Shown: positions 12,859-26,050, counted from the stretch's first letter. The stretch: DNA of 64,000 nt from Octopus sinensis (GCF_006345805.1 NC_043001.1:27032001-27096000), one strand, 5' to 3'. Notes: generated from the letters alone by a model not told the origin. A program made the numbers and translations.

Positions 12859-15800
12859 TAATAATAACAACAACAACAATAACAAAAATAACAACAACAA
12901 TAACAATAATAATAATGAATGCTCTGATGCAGTACCAGTAGTGGCTCTCATGGGTTCTGATCTTAACTGCTTGGAAGTGTTATCATGTACATGCAAGATC
13001 ATGCATTGTTTATCTTGATATAAGATCACCATGTTGCACACATATGGTTGTGATGCATTTGCCTGGTTTACCCTTATCTGATGGGTAGTCATGATAGGTA
13101 TACTAGGCTTCGTATATTTTAACCCAGTTTCACTTTGATGGCATGCACTACTCTCTCAACAATAATGGCTTTTGATTTTAACTGATTGGAAGTGTTATCA
13201 TGTACATTGTTTTGTCTTGGTATTAAAATGGGCCACAGCACATATTCTGCTCACTACCACAGATTTGCTTGTCAGTTGTTTGACCTTAACCAGTTGAGCA
13301 TGTCCCTTAGAGGCTGATGATATGTGCATATTTGATCATGAGCAGAAGTAGTTGGGGAGCAGAAAAGCCAAATGTTGAGGGTAATTCTTTGGGGTTTGAA
13401 TAATTCACCTCTGGAAACATGGGTATTGCATTCATCATCCTTAAACAAATCTTATTCAGAGAAATTTTGAGCAGAATGGGCTACTTGACACGATGAAAAT
13501 TCTGAACCCCACCTGCAAAGTCATGGTGGTGATGCATGTGACTGGTGTCTCCTTACAGACAAGTAGTGATGATGGGTATATTGGGCTTTGTATATTGGTA
13601 CCCCAGTGTCACTTTGATGGCATGTCCTGCTCTCTCACTCAACAACAACAAGAACAACAACAACAACAATGACGACGACGACGATAACAACAACAACAAT
13701 AATAATAATAATAATAATAATTCTTTCTCTTATAGGTACAAGGCCTGAAATTTTAGTTTCAAGGATGTGGGTACGAGTCAATTCCAGCGATTTCAGTGCT
13801 TAAATGGTATTTATTTCATCAAGCCCATAAGGTTAAAATAAAAAAGACAAAGTTGACCTCCCAGTATTTAAACTCAGAACTTAGATTGTCAGAAAAAACA
13901 TCACTAAACACTTTGCACAATGTGCTACTGATTCTGCCAGTCCATTATTTGAACTTCAGAGAGATTCCTAGTAATAAAAAAAAATATCCCTACTTAAATG
14001 ACTGTTGTCAACAAGTATCTTATTCTTGGTTATGTAAATTGACACTGAACTATGATCAGTTATTTTTACACACTGGCAGAAAACTGCCCACTGGATGGTT
14101 TATTTATTTTTTTTTTGCTGGTCACAAAATCATGTTTATACATTTAATTCTCAATTCGTATAGTTTTTCTGATATGTCAGATTTAATTTCTCTTCATATC
14201 TGATATTTATGTAACAACACTCTCTCATTCAATAAATAAATTTAGAATAATAGCAAGGACTCAAAGATAGTGTCAGAATTTATGAAGAAATCTGGTAATA
14301 TGCTGACATAACTTAGCTACATAAATATCCTTGGTTCACCATATATATGCATATCAGATTTTACAACTTTGCCTGACAGTGAACTAGAAGCACTCCAAGT
14401 ATGTACTGTGAAAGTTCATAATGCAGAACTTACTGTAGATTTGAACACTTGTAATGCTCTGCATTATTTTTCTGTCAATATACATATTTGCATATATCAG
14501 TATTAATAACCTTCATAAACACACAATTTCAGATGTACAGAGATAGGAAATTGTATTTTTCTTTTTATTCCTGTAAATCATATGACAAAGTGAACAATAA
14601 TCTCAGCAAAGGGGTCAATTGTTAAAATATATAACATTTCATTTTACAGTCCTAAGTGTAAAGAGAGAGAGAAATGACAAAGGGGGAACACTATCTCATG
14701 GTTTTAAAAAAATGATACCTCGCAGTAAATTAAAATTATGTTTCTGTAGTTGAAACAAAAACCACATTTTGATAAAAATATGTTAAATTTAGAATTTTAA
14801 AGAATTTTCTCGCTGGTGTAAACTTTCATAATTACACTAATTACACTAATCATGTGATGTCAAGGTAAGGTGATTGTGGCACCCCTGCCTCATATATGAT
14901 AGGCTTTTTTCAGTTTCTGTTAGCCAAATCCATTCACAAGTCTTTAGGTGGCCAAGGATATAATAGAAGACACTTGACCAAAAGTACCACACTGTGGAAT
15001 TGAACCTGGAAACATTGGTTGGAAGCAAATTTCCTGCCACACATTCATGCCTGGATATTATACATATCCATCCAGCCCAATGCAAGCATGGTAAAAAGTG
15101 GATGTTAAAAGTAAACAAAGAATTATATATGATATATTTTATATATGTATAATTAAATTACAATATCATCATCATCATCATCACCATCATAATCATTTGT
15201 TATTTGGTTTTCAATTGATGATGAATAAGTAGAACCTGTAAGAATTACATTAAATTATCAAAATCAGAATGGTAGTGCTAAGAAAGAATTCTATCATATC
15301 TGTATCTCTCTGCTGAGGCTAATGCATTATTATCTTAGACATGGACGATATGGAAAGGATATGCTATTAAAAATTTACATTACTAGAAAATTCTAGAACT
15401 ATTTTTACTGCATAGAAACTATTGGTTATGGTGCTACATAAAAAAGCATTGGTGATGGTACCATGTAAAAAGCACCATGTAAAAAGTACACTCTATAAAA
15501 TGGTTGATGTTAGGAAGGACATTCAGCAGTAGAAACCAATCCAAAACAGAGAATGGAACCTGATGCAGCCCCTGGCCTTGCCAACTCCTATGAACGTATG
15601 CCAGCATGGAAAATGAATGTTAGATGACAATGATGATGATGAAAATCTAGAAAACAATTCATAACCTTGGCATAGAAACCAGAAGTACTTATAAAAAAAA
15701 AAACGAATATAAAAGCCACTATGGACCTTACGAAGTAAGAATTCAGAATTTAATATAGACAAATTTTGTTAAATTCAGAAAAAGGGAGCATTATTTAGCT

Positions 15801-16552
15801 TAGCTAGAAAAAAGTGAATATTTAATATTTAGAGAAGAGTCTTCATTGAAAAGTGGATCCAATCAAACTAATGGATTTTCTCTTTCATCATAGCAACCTA
15901 AAATACTTATGTATTCTTTTTGATTGCACTGAGCTGAAAGGCTGTGATCTGCCAGAATCATTAGCACTCTGGACAAAATGCTCAGCAATATTTCTTCCAG
16001 ATTTGTGTTCTGAGTTCAAATTCTTCAAAGGTCAACTTTGCCTTCTTGGTGGTTGATAAGATAAATACCAGTTGGGCACTAGCGTCGATGTAATTGACTT
16101 ACCTGTTCTCACTAAAATTTGTGGCTTTTGCTAAAGTTTTTAAACACTTTTACTGTTCTGAATCTGGAGGGCATGAATCACCTGTAAGCTCATCACATTT
16201 TGATGAGTACCTGTAATTTTTGTTTGATTGGATTGAGCAAAATATATAAAATTCTGCTACTGATTCAGTTTAATTAAAAATCTCAGATAACTAATGTCAC
16301 TAACTAATAGTGCTTGGTCATTGCTAACAGTTTTACCTGATGCTATAGAAAACGATAAGAATGTTTATCAATAAACTAGTTATTACCTTTGTTTATCGTA
16401 TTCCTCTCAATAATTAATTTATGGCTATTCGAGGTGGATTATCTAAATGGTTGTTATTTATATCAGTTTTTTTTTTATTGTCAGTATCAATTATCTAACT
16501 ATGTATTCAAACCATTGTCAAGATAAGCAATTAAAATTCAAAGTAAACTTAC

Positions 16553-16671
16553 TACATTGGGAGAGTTTATTGTGTTATATTTAGGATTCTCTGTCCATTT
16601 AAGGCAAGGTGTTCCTCCGTCTGTTTCTGATACAGACCCTCTGTAGGACACACCATTTCCACTGTAACAAT
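16553..16671 (-). CDS. Coding exon 12: kringle 2 N-half (CYSGNGVSYRGSVSETDGGTPCLKWTENPKYNTINSPNV)
   Basis: Near-identical paralog of exon 8 (4 nt differences in 119), intact splice sites, in frame after exon 11. Confidence 0.88.
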
Positions 16672-18840
16672 CTGAAAGCATTAATGAATCACATGAAGAA
16701 CATGTGAGGCCCAATATTTGAAGGTCATGATTCACGTGGTGAAGCATGATGAGGTGGTGAAGCATAACCTACGAACATTGGGCCTCACAGAGGCAATGAC
16801 AGGAGACTGAGACCTTTGGAAATATGCAGTGATTGAGAAGACCCAGCAACTAAAGTGAGATTGCAGCATTGGCTGATGTCAGTGTTGCATGTCTGGTCCA
16901 TTTAAGAGTACCCTTGATGCGTCAGGCGATATGATATGCTTGGGAAGACCTGTTGCATCAAATAAAACCAAGATCGTAGCTGTGGCCAGTGCCCCATGTC
17001 TGGCTTCTTTGCTGGTGGCACATAAAAAGCATGATATGAACATGGCCAATGCCAGTACCCCCTGACTGGCTTGTGTACTGATGGCACATAAAAAGCACTA
17101 TGCAAACATGATCAATGCCAGAGCCACCTGACTGGCTCCAGTGCAGGTGGCATGTAAAAAGCACTATCCAAATGTGATCGATGCCAAGCCTGCCTGACTG
17201 GCTCCTGTGCTGGTGTCATGTAAAAAGCACCCACTACACTCTTGGAGTGATTGGTGTTAGGAAGAGCATCCAGCTGTAGAAACATTGCCAAATCAGAATG
17301 GAGCATGGTGCAGCCACTGGCTCTCCAGATCTCAGTCAAACCGTCTAACTCATGCCAGCATTGAAAACGGACGTTAAACGATAATGATGATGATGATGAG
17401 TAAAAGATCATAAATTTGAAATAGGAACACAATTGATTAAATCAACTCCACTACATGACTGGTACCTATTCAACCCTGGTAGGATAAAAGGCAAAGATAA
17501 TCTGAATTAATCTGAATTTAGAATGTAAAGGGAAGAAACTGAATATTGATTTCAAATTTCTGGCACAAGGCCAGCAATTTTGGGGATGGAATAAGTCAAT
17601 TACATCAACCCCAGTATTCAACTGGTACTTATTTTTATTGCCACTGGAAGGATCAAAGGTAAAGTTAACCTTGGCAGAGTTTGAACTCAGTATATAAAGA
17701 TGGATGAAATACCTATTTCTTTACTACCCACAGAGAGGACAAACAAGGACAGACAAATGGATTGTCAATTATATCGACCCCAGTGCGTAACTGGTACTTA
17801 TTTAATCGACCCCAGTGCGTAACTGGTACTTATTTAATTGACCCCGAAAGGATGAAAGGCAAAGTCGACCTCGGCGGAATTTGAACTCCGAACGTAGCGG
17901 CTGACAAAATACTGCTAGGCATTTCTGCCAGCTCGCCACTAAACATTTTGCCTGGCATTCTAATGATTCTGCCTGTTTGTCACCTAAAAAGCTAGAACTA
18001 AATATGGAAAACAGTATTTTATTTGGCATATTACTAATTCTGTAATTCAAATAATGATTTCTTTCTTTGTCAAAAGGTTACATGTTTGATGGGTGATAAC
18101 AGTTGTTTATATCAACAGCAGTATTTGACTGATATTTATTTTATCAACCAGGATGAAATGCAATCAATGCATTTAAGCTAACTATATCTGGCCCAAATAT
18201 TCTACCTATTTTATGGTCAAACTGACTAGATTCAGCCTCTTATACCTGCGCTTTGATGTCCTTCCTAAAATAAATAATCATGTCATCGAAATCTTGAATA
18301 TATGACATAATGAAGGATTAATTCAAAACAAAGTGAATAAATAAGCATTACATTTGACTGGGTAATCTGAATGGTAGAGGATTAACATATTCAGAAAACT
18401 AAAAATTTGGGAGAAGGAAAAAATGCTTTATTATCTGTGGATTGTCGACTTTCTGTCTTGTCTGACACTCTGTCATTTCTAGTGTCCCTCCTAACAATAT
18501 TTGATAAGTTCCTTCCTAAACCACCATTACTTACACCTATTGTCATTTTGTTATGATGTTTACCAAACATAAGGCAGCAAGATGGCAGAATCATTAGCAT
18601 GCTGGGCAAAATGTTTAGCAGCATTTCATCCAGCTTTACATCCTGAGTTCAAATTATGCTGGGGTTGACTTTGTCTTTCATTTTTTCAGGGTTGATAAAA
18701 TTACCAGTTGAACACTTGAGTTGATGCAAGCGACTTATCTTCTCCTTCGAAATTGCTGGCCGTGTGCCAAAATTTGAAACCAAACATCTAATGACACCAT
18801 CTCAATTTTATTTACGATATATTGTCACCAGTATACTTAC

Positions 18841-18911
18841 GACAGTTCTCTTCATCATCACCTCTGATGCAGTCCCTTTCTCCATCACATCTCCAAGCGA
18901 GTGAAATACAC
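18841..18911 (-). CDS. Coding exon 11: LDLa 1 C-half ([23 protein letters not shown])
   Basis: CI...W.CDG..DC..G.DE..C LDL-receptor class A motif; acceptor tcataatag, donor C|gtaagt; phase 2 to 1. Confidence 0.93.
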
Positions 18912-19496
18912 CTATTATGATAAAAATATGCAGTTTTAGTACTGACATTAATGCATACATTTGTTTTGACTGAGCAATCCTGGAGCCAAAAAATATACCA
19001 CACTTATTTTATTTTTGACCAGAAATTATTTCATGGTAGTTAAATATTTTATTTCACTGTCAGCAATATGATAAAAATGAATAAATTAGCCATTCAAAAA
19101 AAAAAAATGTCGTTGTTGTTTAATCACTAATGAGTCTTGATCAAACAGACCTCTGTTCAAAATAATTCTAGTCATAACCATACTATTTTATTTTCAGGTA
19201 TAGTGAGTCTATAATCACGTTTTCCAGAATGTCCTTCCTTGTGTAAGATGTTATAGTATGAATTGAAGGAAATTTGGCTGCTATTTCTTGTAAGGAATGG
19301 CTAGGCAGAGGCTTATCTGTTGACTCAAAAGGTAACGCTTATTAACCAAAGTTGTATTCTAGATATTTCTTTTTAAAATTAAAATAACATGACATAGCTT
19401 AGTATTTTGAGTAAAAAGTAGAATTTAAAAAATTGATTTTGGAAATTTTCAATATTTCTTAAGTATTGTTATAAAAAAAGGTAAAAAAAATCTTAC

Positions 19497-19557
19497 GTAT
19501 TTGATCCTTTACATAGCATTTGGACAGGAGAACATGTTGGTTTAGGTTTAGTTGTAG
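19497..19557 (-). CDS. Coding exon 10: LDLa 1 N-half (TTKPKPTCSPVQMLCKGSN)
   Basis: First two LDLa Cys; acceptor ttttattttacag, donor AC|gtaaga; phase 1 to 2 matches neighbours. Confidence 0.85.
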
Positions 19558-20001
19558 CTGTAAAATAAAATTCACTTCATATCTTGTATTTGACATTTAT
19601 TAAATAAGCATGTAAGTTTTCTGTTTATTCCATTTTCAGGAGAGATTTATCATTCTAGTGGTGCATAGAAAATAAGAGAACTTCACCGTCGTCATCGTCG
19701 TCATCATCGTCCTCCTCCTCCTCCTCATCATCATCACCACCACCACCAGCACTACCACAACCAGCACCAGCACCAGCACCATCACCAGCACCAGCACCAC
19801 CACCATTTTTTCGAAAAAAAATTTTATCCTACATTAGTTGTAAATTTAATAGTGTTCACTTCCAGATTCTCTCACTCTGTGAAAGTTTCTAGTTCGAATC
19901 ACACGTGTCTCGAGATGTGCCGAAGATTTTCTATTTTGGTCTGCTCAGGACTTAGTGCTTACTTTTTCCATGGGTATGAGTAAGTATTTCATTTGTCTTA
20001 T

Positions 20002-20068
20002 GTATTTATCGCTGAAGAGGGAAAAATTCTTATGAATTAACCCCGAAATTGGGACCAATACGGTAATA
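20002..20068 (+). ncRNA. Canonical type I hammerhead ribozyme motif (PLE pseudo-LTR associated)
   Basis: Stem I ttatcg/cggtaa; core CTGAAGA (20012-18); stem II GGG..AATTC-ttat-GAATT..CCC; GAAA (20045-48); stem III TTGG-ga-CCAA; AUA cleavage triplet ending at 20060. Confidence 0.8.
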
Positions 20069-20341
20069 ACGGAATTTTTTAGAAATTTCTATCGGCTTGT
20101 TTCGAGACACATAAATTATAATTGTTATTGACAATTTTGTCTTTTTTCGGCATATTTGGCATTAGAATTTTTCTTTCGCCCTTATTTTATAAGTTATATA
20201 TATATATATATATATAGATATATATATATATATTTATTGATAAAAATGGTAAGACAGCAAAAGAAAGAAAGAGACCTCGATATCATGTAAATAGAGGAGT
20301 TTTTCTGTAAATGTAATAGGTGACAATTATTCAGTAGCCAT

Positions 20342-20402
20342 GATAAAACTCTGAGTTTCAGATGCCAAGGTGGAAATCCACGCCGCCATCTCTTCAGTTA
20401 TC
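20342..20402 (-). ncRNA. Hammerhead-like motif within a PLE-type inverted repeat (about 20300-20470)
   Basis: Reverse strand: gataa CTGAAGA gatg...gtgg-attt-ccac...catc t GAAA ctc-a-gag TT ttatc; one extra nucleotide before GAAA. Confidence 0.6.
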
Positions 20403-20467
20403 TGGCCATTGGCATCCAAAACTTGGAGTTTTATCATGGCTACCGAATAATTGTTACCTATTACATT

Positions 20468-20517
<50 letters not shown>

Positions 20518-20962
20518 GTTAAGTATATGTCCTTGCATAAAGTGCTTAGCTTTGCATGGCTGAGTGAGCTAGGATCCTCAAACACTCCTTGAAACTAGGA
20601 TTACTGAACTCACTGCAAGAAATTTACAGCCTTCGCAACCATTTAAAATGCTACCTGCAGCGAACATGGGATTGTCCATTCCTCAATAAGATCCAGAAAG
20701 GTCCTCATGAGCTAAAAACAACCTAAGGGCAAAATTCCCTGTTCCCCCTTTTTTGACCCATATGGACTGGTTGGTCTAAGGGTGTTAACCTATCCTTGCT
20801 GACCTGTAATTTTTACTGTTTGTTTCCTTAATAATCAACTGATCATAACAGGTTCCTACCTCCCAGAGTTGTCCATGGGGCTAAGCCCTTTATGGATGTG
20901 AAACCACTGGTAACTCTATGACTGGACATATATTTAACTGCATATAAAAGACATTACTGCAC

Positions 20963-21135
20963 TATACTTTACAGTGTCATCTTTCTTGGATATACTTTAC
21001 AGTGTCATCTTTCTTGGATATACTTTACAGTGTCATCTTTCTTGGATATACTTTACAGTGTCATCTTTCTTGGATATACTTTACAGTGTCATCTTTCTTG
21101 GATATACTTTACAGTGTCATCTTTCTTGGATATAT
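20963..21135. repeat. 28-bp minisatellite TATACTTTACAGTGTCATCTTTCTTGGA, about 6 copies
   Basis: Direct tandem array. Confidence 0.95.
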
Positions 21136-21440
21136 TTCATTTGTCTTATGTATTTATCACTGATTATATATATATATATTTTTTTTTTTGTCAAGTGATG
21201 AACAGCTTTGCATAAACCATGGTTCGCTTTGTTTTCTTACTTTATTATCATCTTATAATCATCTCATAATAATGACTTTTATAACTCTTATTACTACCTC
21301 AGTCAATCTAAATGTATATATTTGTCGTTACCCATCATAAATAGCCTTTTTTTATTTGCAATGTGCATTTTCGTTGATTTTTCATATTTTACCCTTACAT
21401 TTCCACATGTATTTTATATTTTCTTTTTGTAACATATTTC

Positions 21441-21486
<46 letters not shown>

Positions 21487-22117
21487 CCAAATCAAAGTCA
21501 GAATCAAATTCGATGACTGGCATCTGTGCTAGCGGGGTGCAAAGATCACCATACAAGTGTGATCGCTGACAGAGCGGCTAACTGGCTTCCGTGCTAGTGG
21601 CACATAAAAGGGCACCATTCGAGTGTGATTGTTAACAGTGTCATTTTACTGGCACTTGAGCCCCGTGCTAGTAGGGTGCCGAGGGCACCATCCGAGTGTG
21701 ATCGTTGCCAGAGCAACTAACTGGCTTCTGTGCCGGTGGCACGTAAAAGGCACCATTCGAGCGTGGTTGTTACCAGCATCACCTCACTGGCACCTGTGCT
21801 GGTGGCATATGTAAAAAGATTCAAGCAAGGTCGTTGCCAGTACCGCCTGACTGGCCCCCATGCCGGTGGCATGTAAAAGCACCCACTACACTCTCGGAGT
21901 GGTTGGCGTTAGGAAGGGCATCCATCTGTAGAAACTCTGCCAGATCAAGATTGAAGCCTGGTGTAGTCATCTGGTTCACCAGCCCTCAGTTAAATCATCC
22001 TATGCATGCTAGCATGGAAAGTGGATGTTAAATGATGATGCTGATGATGATATATACATACACATGCTCACACACAGAGACACAAACACACACACATACA
22101 CACACATGTATATATAT

Positions 22118-23150
22118 ATGAGGTGTAATCAAACAGTTTCCGAACTAGTTCTGTAATGCTCCAGCAGATGGCAGCACAAGATTGCATGCACAGTGAGAGC
22201 TACCAGGGACCTTTATGATGTAGTGTGCCAAGTGACACCATAGTGTTTACTTTGCAAGTGGTGAAATTTGTGTTTTGTGATCACATGTATACTGTAGTCT
22301 GTGAATTTGTCATGGACAGGAACAAAGAGCCAACGTGAAATTTTGCATTAAACTTAGGAAGTCTGTTATAGAGACATTGAGCACACTTTGGCAAGCTTAC
22401 AGTGATGAAGCAATGGGTCGTAAGCAAGTTTTCAGCTGGCATGGTCACTTCAAAAGTAGAAGAATCTCCCTGTAAAACGATGAGTGATTTGGAAGAGCTG
22501 CCACAAGCATCACCGACCGGAAATGTGGTATTGTGCATCGGGAAGGCGGTGAGCTGGCAGAAATGTTAGCATGCCGGGCGAAATGCGTAGCCTTATTTCA
22601 TCTACCATTATGTTCTGATGCCATATTCCTGGTTCGACAACTGCAGGAGAAATACCTAGCTAAAGATAAACCACTCTACTTAACTTTTGTGGACTTGACA
22701 GGGTCCCCTGATACCTTATCTGGTGGGCAATGCGGAAACTGGAGATTGACGAATAGGTGATAAGGGCTGTACAGGCCCTATACAGAGAGGCTGTTAGTAA
22801 GGTTAGTATTGTGAAGAATTCTGGGTAGAAGTAGGGGGTCCACCAAGTTTCAGCCCTTAGTCCCCTTCTATTCATCATAGTCCTCCAGGCAATAACAAAG
22901 GTCGACTTTGCCTTTCATCCTTTCAGGGTCAATAAATTAAGTATCAGTTACGCACTGGGGACGATATAATCGACTTAATCCGTTTGTCTGTCCTTGTTTG
23001 TCCTCTCTGTTTTTAGCCCCTTGTGGGTAGTAAAGAAATAGGTATTGTGCATCGGGAATTTGTCCCCACAAACCAGACCATGAATCAAAAGTTCTACTGC
23101 AATATTTTGAAGTGTTTGAAGGAAGACATTCAGTAAAAGCAAAAGGATCT
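22118..23150 (+). mobile_element. Mariner relic interrupted by a SINE
   Basis: TA-flanked end (ta)TGAGGTGTAATCAAACAGTTTCCG; decayed HTH (QRANVKFC..LGKS..ET) and (G)IVHREFVP..QT.N...YC.IL..L segments. Confidence 0.7.
22545..23040 (+). mobile_element. tRNA-derived SINE with 18-bp TSD, carrying an internal RTE reverse-transcriptase fragment
   Basis: TSD GGTATTGTGCATCGGGAA at 22527-22544 and 23041-23058; head GGCGGTGAGCTGGCAGAA; internal DAIFLVRQLQEKYLAKDKPLYLTFVDL at about 22617-22700. Confidence 0.85.
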
Positions 23151-23366
23151 GTAACTGATTTTAAATTAAGGCTCACATGGAAAATATCTTCATTATTTTA
23201 GCTCATTAATTTTACAGTCAAATTAAGTTTTGCAGGAAATATCTATACTACATACTGATTTATATTTCCCCTTATAATGATCTGTTACTGTTGAAGTTTT
23301 CATTAAAGCACTAATAATTGTCTTATTGCCTTCATTTGGTGTTTAAATTGTTTTTAAAATACTTAC

Positions 23367-23550
23367 GAGTAGTTGATGCCACTGTTGTTGGGTATGTAGT
23401 CACAGTTGATTCCACTGTTGTGCTTTCTGTAACATTTTTACATTGATCAATTTTACAGTATCCAAACTGATTTTGGAAAGCTGGTGCTACCCAACACCAT
23501 GGACGCTCATCATCATCAGGGTTTCGACAAAAATTGTGGTCTCCGAGACC
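23367..23550 (-). CDS. Coding exon 9: kringle 1 C-half plus S/T-rich linker (GLGDHNFCRNPDDDERPWCWV...GYCKIDQC...TTVASTT)
   Basis: HNFCRNPD...PWC...YC.I..C kringle motif; acceptor cttcctctag, donor C|gtaagt; phase 0 to 1. Confidence 0.93.
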
Positions 23551-23639
23551 CTAGAGGAAGTAGGAATGAAATTTAAAGTTACAAATGTTTATATTTTCAT
23601 TTATATGTTGCTTGAGATATGTGTCAGATACATTTTGGC

Positions 23640-23640
<1 letters not shown>

Positions 23641-23696
<56 letters not shown>

Positions 23697-24242
23697 TATA
23701 ATAATAATAATCTTGGTATAAAAGATGGGTTGCAGCAAATATTCTGCTCAATACCACAGATTTGCTTGACAGTTGTTTGACCTTAACCAGTTGAGTATGT
23801 CCCTTAGTGGTTGATGATATGTGCATCTCTGGTGATGAGCAGAAGTAGTGGGGGAGCATCATAGCCATGTGTAGAGAAGGATTCTTTGAGGTTTGAATAA
23901 TTCACCTCTGGAAACATGGGTGTTTCGTTCAACATCCTTAAACAACCCTTATTCAGGGACTTTTTGAGTGGGATGGGTTACTCGACCAGAAGAAAATTCT
24001 AACTGGGCCCCATCTGCAAGGTCATGCACTGTTTATCTTGATATAAGATCACCATGTCATGCACATATGTTTATGATGCATGTGCCTAGTATACGCTTAT
24101 CAGGCAGGTAGTCATGATAGGTGTACTAGGCTTTGTATATTTGTACCCCAGTGTTACTTTGATGGCCCAATGTTACTTTGAAATGATAATAATAATGATG
24201 ATGAGGATGATGATGGGGATAATAATAAGGATGATGATGATG

Positions 24243-24301
<59 letters not shown>

Positions 24302-24847
24302 TATAATAATAATAATCTTGGTATAAAAGATGGGTTGCAGCAAATATTCTGCTCAATACCACAGATTTGCTTGACAGTTGTTTGACCTTAACCAGTTGAG
24401 TATGTCCCTTAGTGGTTGATGATATGTGCATCTCTGGTGATGAGCAGAAGTAGTGGGGGAGCATCATAGCCATGTGTAGAGAAGGATTCTTTGAGGTTTG
24501 AATAATTCACCTCTGGAAACATGGGTGTTTCGTTCAACATCCTTAAACAACCCTTATTCAGGGACTTTTTGAGTGGGATGGGTTACTCGACCAGAAGAAA
24601 ATTCTAACTGGGCCCCATCTGCAAGGTCATGCACTGTTTATCTTGATATAAGATCACCATGTCATGCACATATGTTTATGATGCATGTGCCTAGTATACG
24701 CTTATCAGGCAGGTAGTCATGATAGGTGTACTAGGCTTTGTATATTTGTACCCCAGTGTTACTTTGATGGCCCAATGTTACTTTGAAATGATAATAATAA
24801 TGATGATGAGGATGATGATGGGGATAATAATAAGGATGATGATGATG

Positions 24848-24891
<44 letters not shown>

Positions 24892-24911
24892 CATAATAAT
24901 AATAATAATAA
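23641..24911. repeat. 605-bp tandem duplication bounded by (TAA)n
   Basis: 23711-24245 repeated at 24316-24850. Confidence 0.93.
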
Positions 24912-24912
24912 A

Positions 24913-25467
24913 CTGTGACTGAGGGAGAAAATGTGTTGATTCTATGGGACTTTCCCGTACAGACCGACAGGACTATAAAAGCTAATAAACTGGATATTAT
25001 TATAAAAGATCAGACAAAAAGGATGTGTTTATTAATTGACATGAGTATTCCCTGTGATCACAATATAGCGATGAAAGAATTTGACAAGATTAGTAAATAT
25101 AAAAACCTGCTAATAGAAATTGAAAAAATGTGGCATCTCAAGGTGACTACAGTACCAGTGATTGTAGGATCTCTAGGAATGATAAAAAAAGGTACTGAAA
25201 CCTATTTGAAAATGATTCCAGGTTTACCATCCCTACAGGAGGTGCAAAAAATCGTATTAACTAGAACGGCTAATGTACTGAGAAGAGCACTATCACTGAA
25301 AATAACATCCATCCATGAATTTATTTATTTATTAATTTTTAAATACATATTTTATCTGTGAATTTGCGCATGTAATCTGGGAATGCATACAATGCCCTTC
25401 TCTGCCCTAGGTGTATGGAAAACACCCGGCGAGAAACAGAAGAAAATTTGAAGAAAGAAGGAAAAAC

Positions 25468-25468
<1 letters not shown>
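24913..25468 (+). mobile_element. Second, divergent R4/Dong-type RLE fragment inside (TAA)n
   Basis: ILWDFPVQTDRTIKANKLDIII...CLLIDMSIP.D.N...KE..K..KY..L..EI.KMW.......PVIVGSLG; flanked by (TAA)n. Confidence 0.85.
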
Positions 25469-25504
<36 letters not shown>

Positions 25505-25635
25505 TGATGATGATGATGATGATGATAATAATAATAATAATCATTCTTTCTACTATATTATACATATCCATTCAGCCCCATGCAAGCATGGAAAAAAATG
25601 GATGTTAAAAAGCAAAGAATTATATATGACAGGTT

Positions 25636-26050
25636 GTGAAGACCCGTTGAGGCAAGTGAGGATCAGAATGGAAATCGATCAATGGAAATTGCAGATGTGT
25701 TACCAGTGCCGGTGGCATGTAAGAGAACCTTCCGTTTCGCGACCGTTGCCAGCACCGCCCCGTTTCGTGTCCGTTGCCAGCCTCGCCTGGCCCTTGTGCC
25801 AGTGGCACATAAAAAGCACCATCCGTTCGTGGCCGTTTGCCAGCTCTGTCTGGCACCTGTGCGGGTGGCACGTAAAAAGCACCCACTACACTCACGGAGT
25901 GGTTGGCGTTAGGAAGGGCATCCAGCCGTAGAAACACTGCCAGATTTGACTGGGCCTGATGAAGCCTTCTGGCTTCACAGACCCCAGTAGAACCGTCCAA
26001 CCCATGCTAGCATGGAAAACGGACGCTAAACGACGATGATGATGATGATG
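25636..26050 (+). mobile_element. RTE-LINE 3' UTR fragment with (GAT)n tail; many other copies (about 11400-11620, 16720-17400, 21490-22050, 28510-29475, 33116-33420, 38495-38700, 44220-44520, 45000-45365, 46690-47008, 59460-59841)
   Basis: Recurrent 3' end CCATGCTAGCATGGAAAACGGACGTTAAACGATGATGAT and internal GGCACGTAAAAAGCACC repeats; possible short TSD AGGTT here. Confidence 0.85.

Noticed and set aside
14453-14492. Cryptic minus-strand exon with gtaagt donor
   Set aside because: Lies between kringle halves, phases incompatible, and absent from the paralogous intron.
18856-18870. RGD tripeptide in LDLa 1 as an integrin ligand
   Set aside because: Overlaps the Ca2+-binding acidic G-D-D-E motif; likely coincidental.
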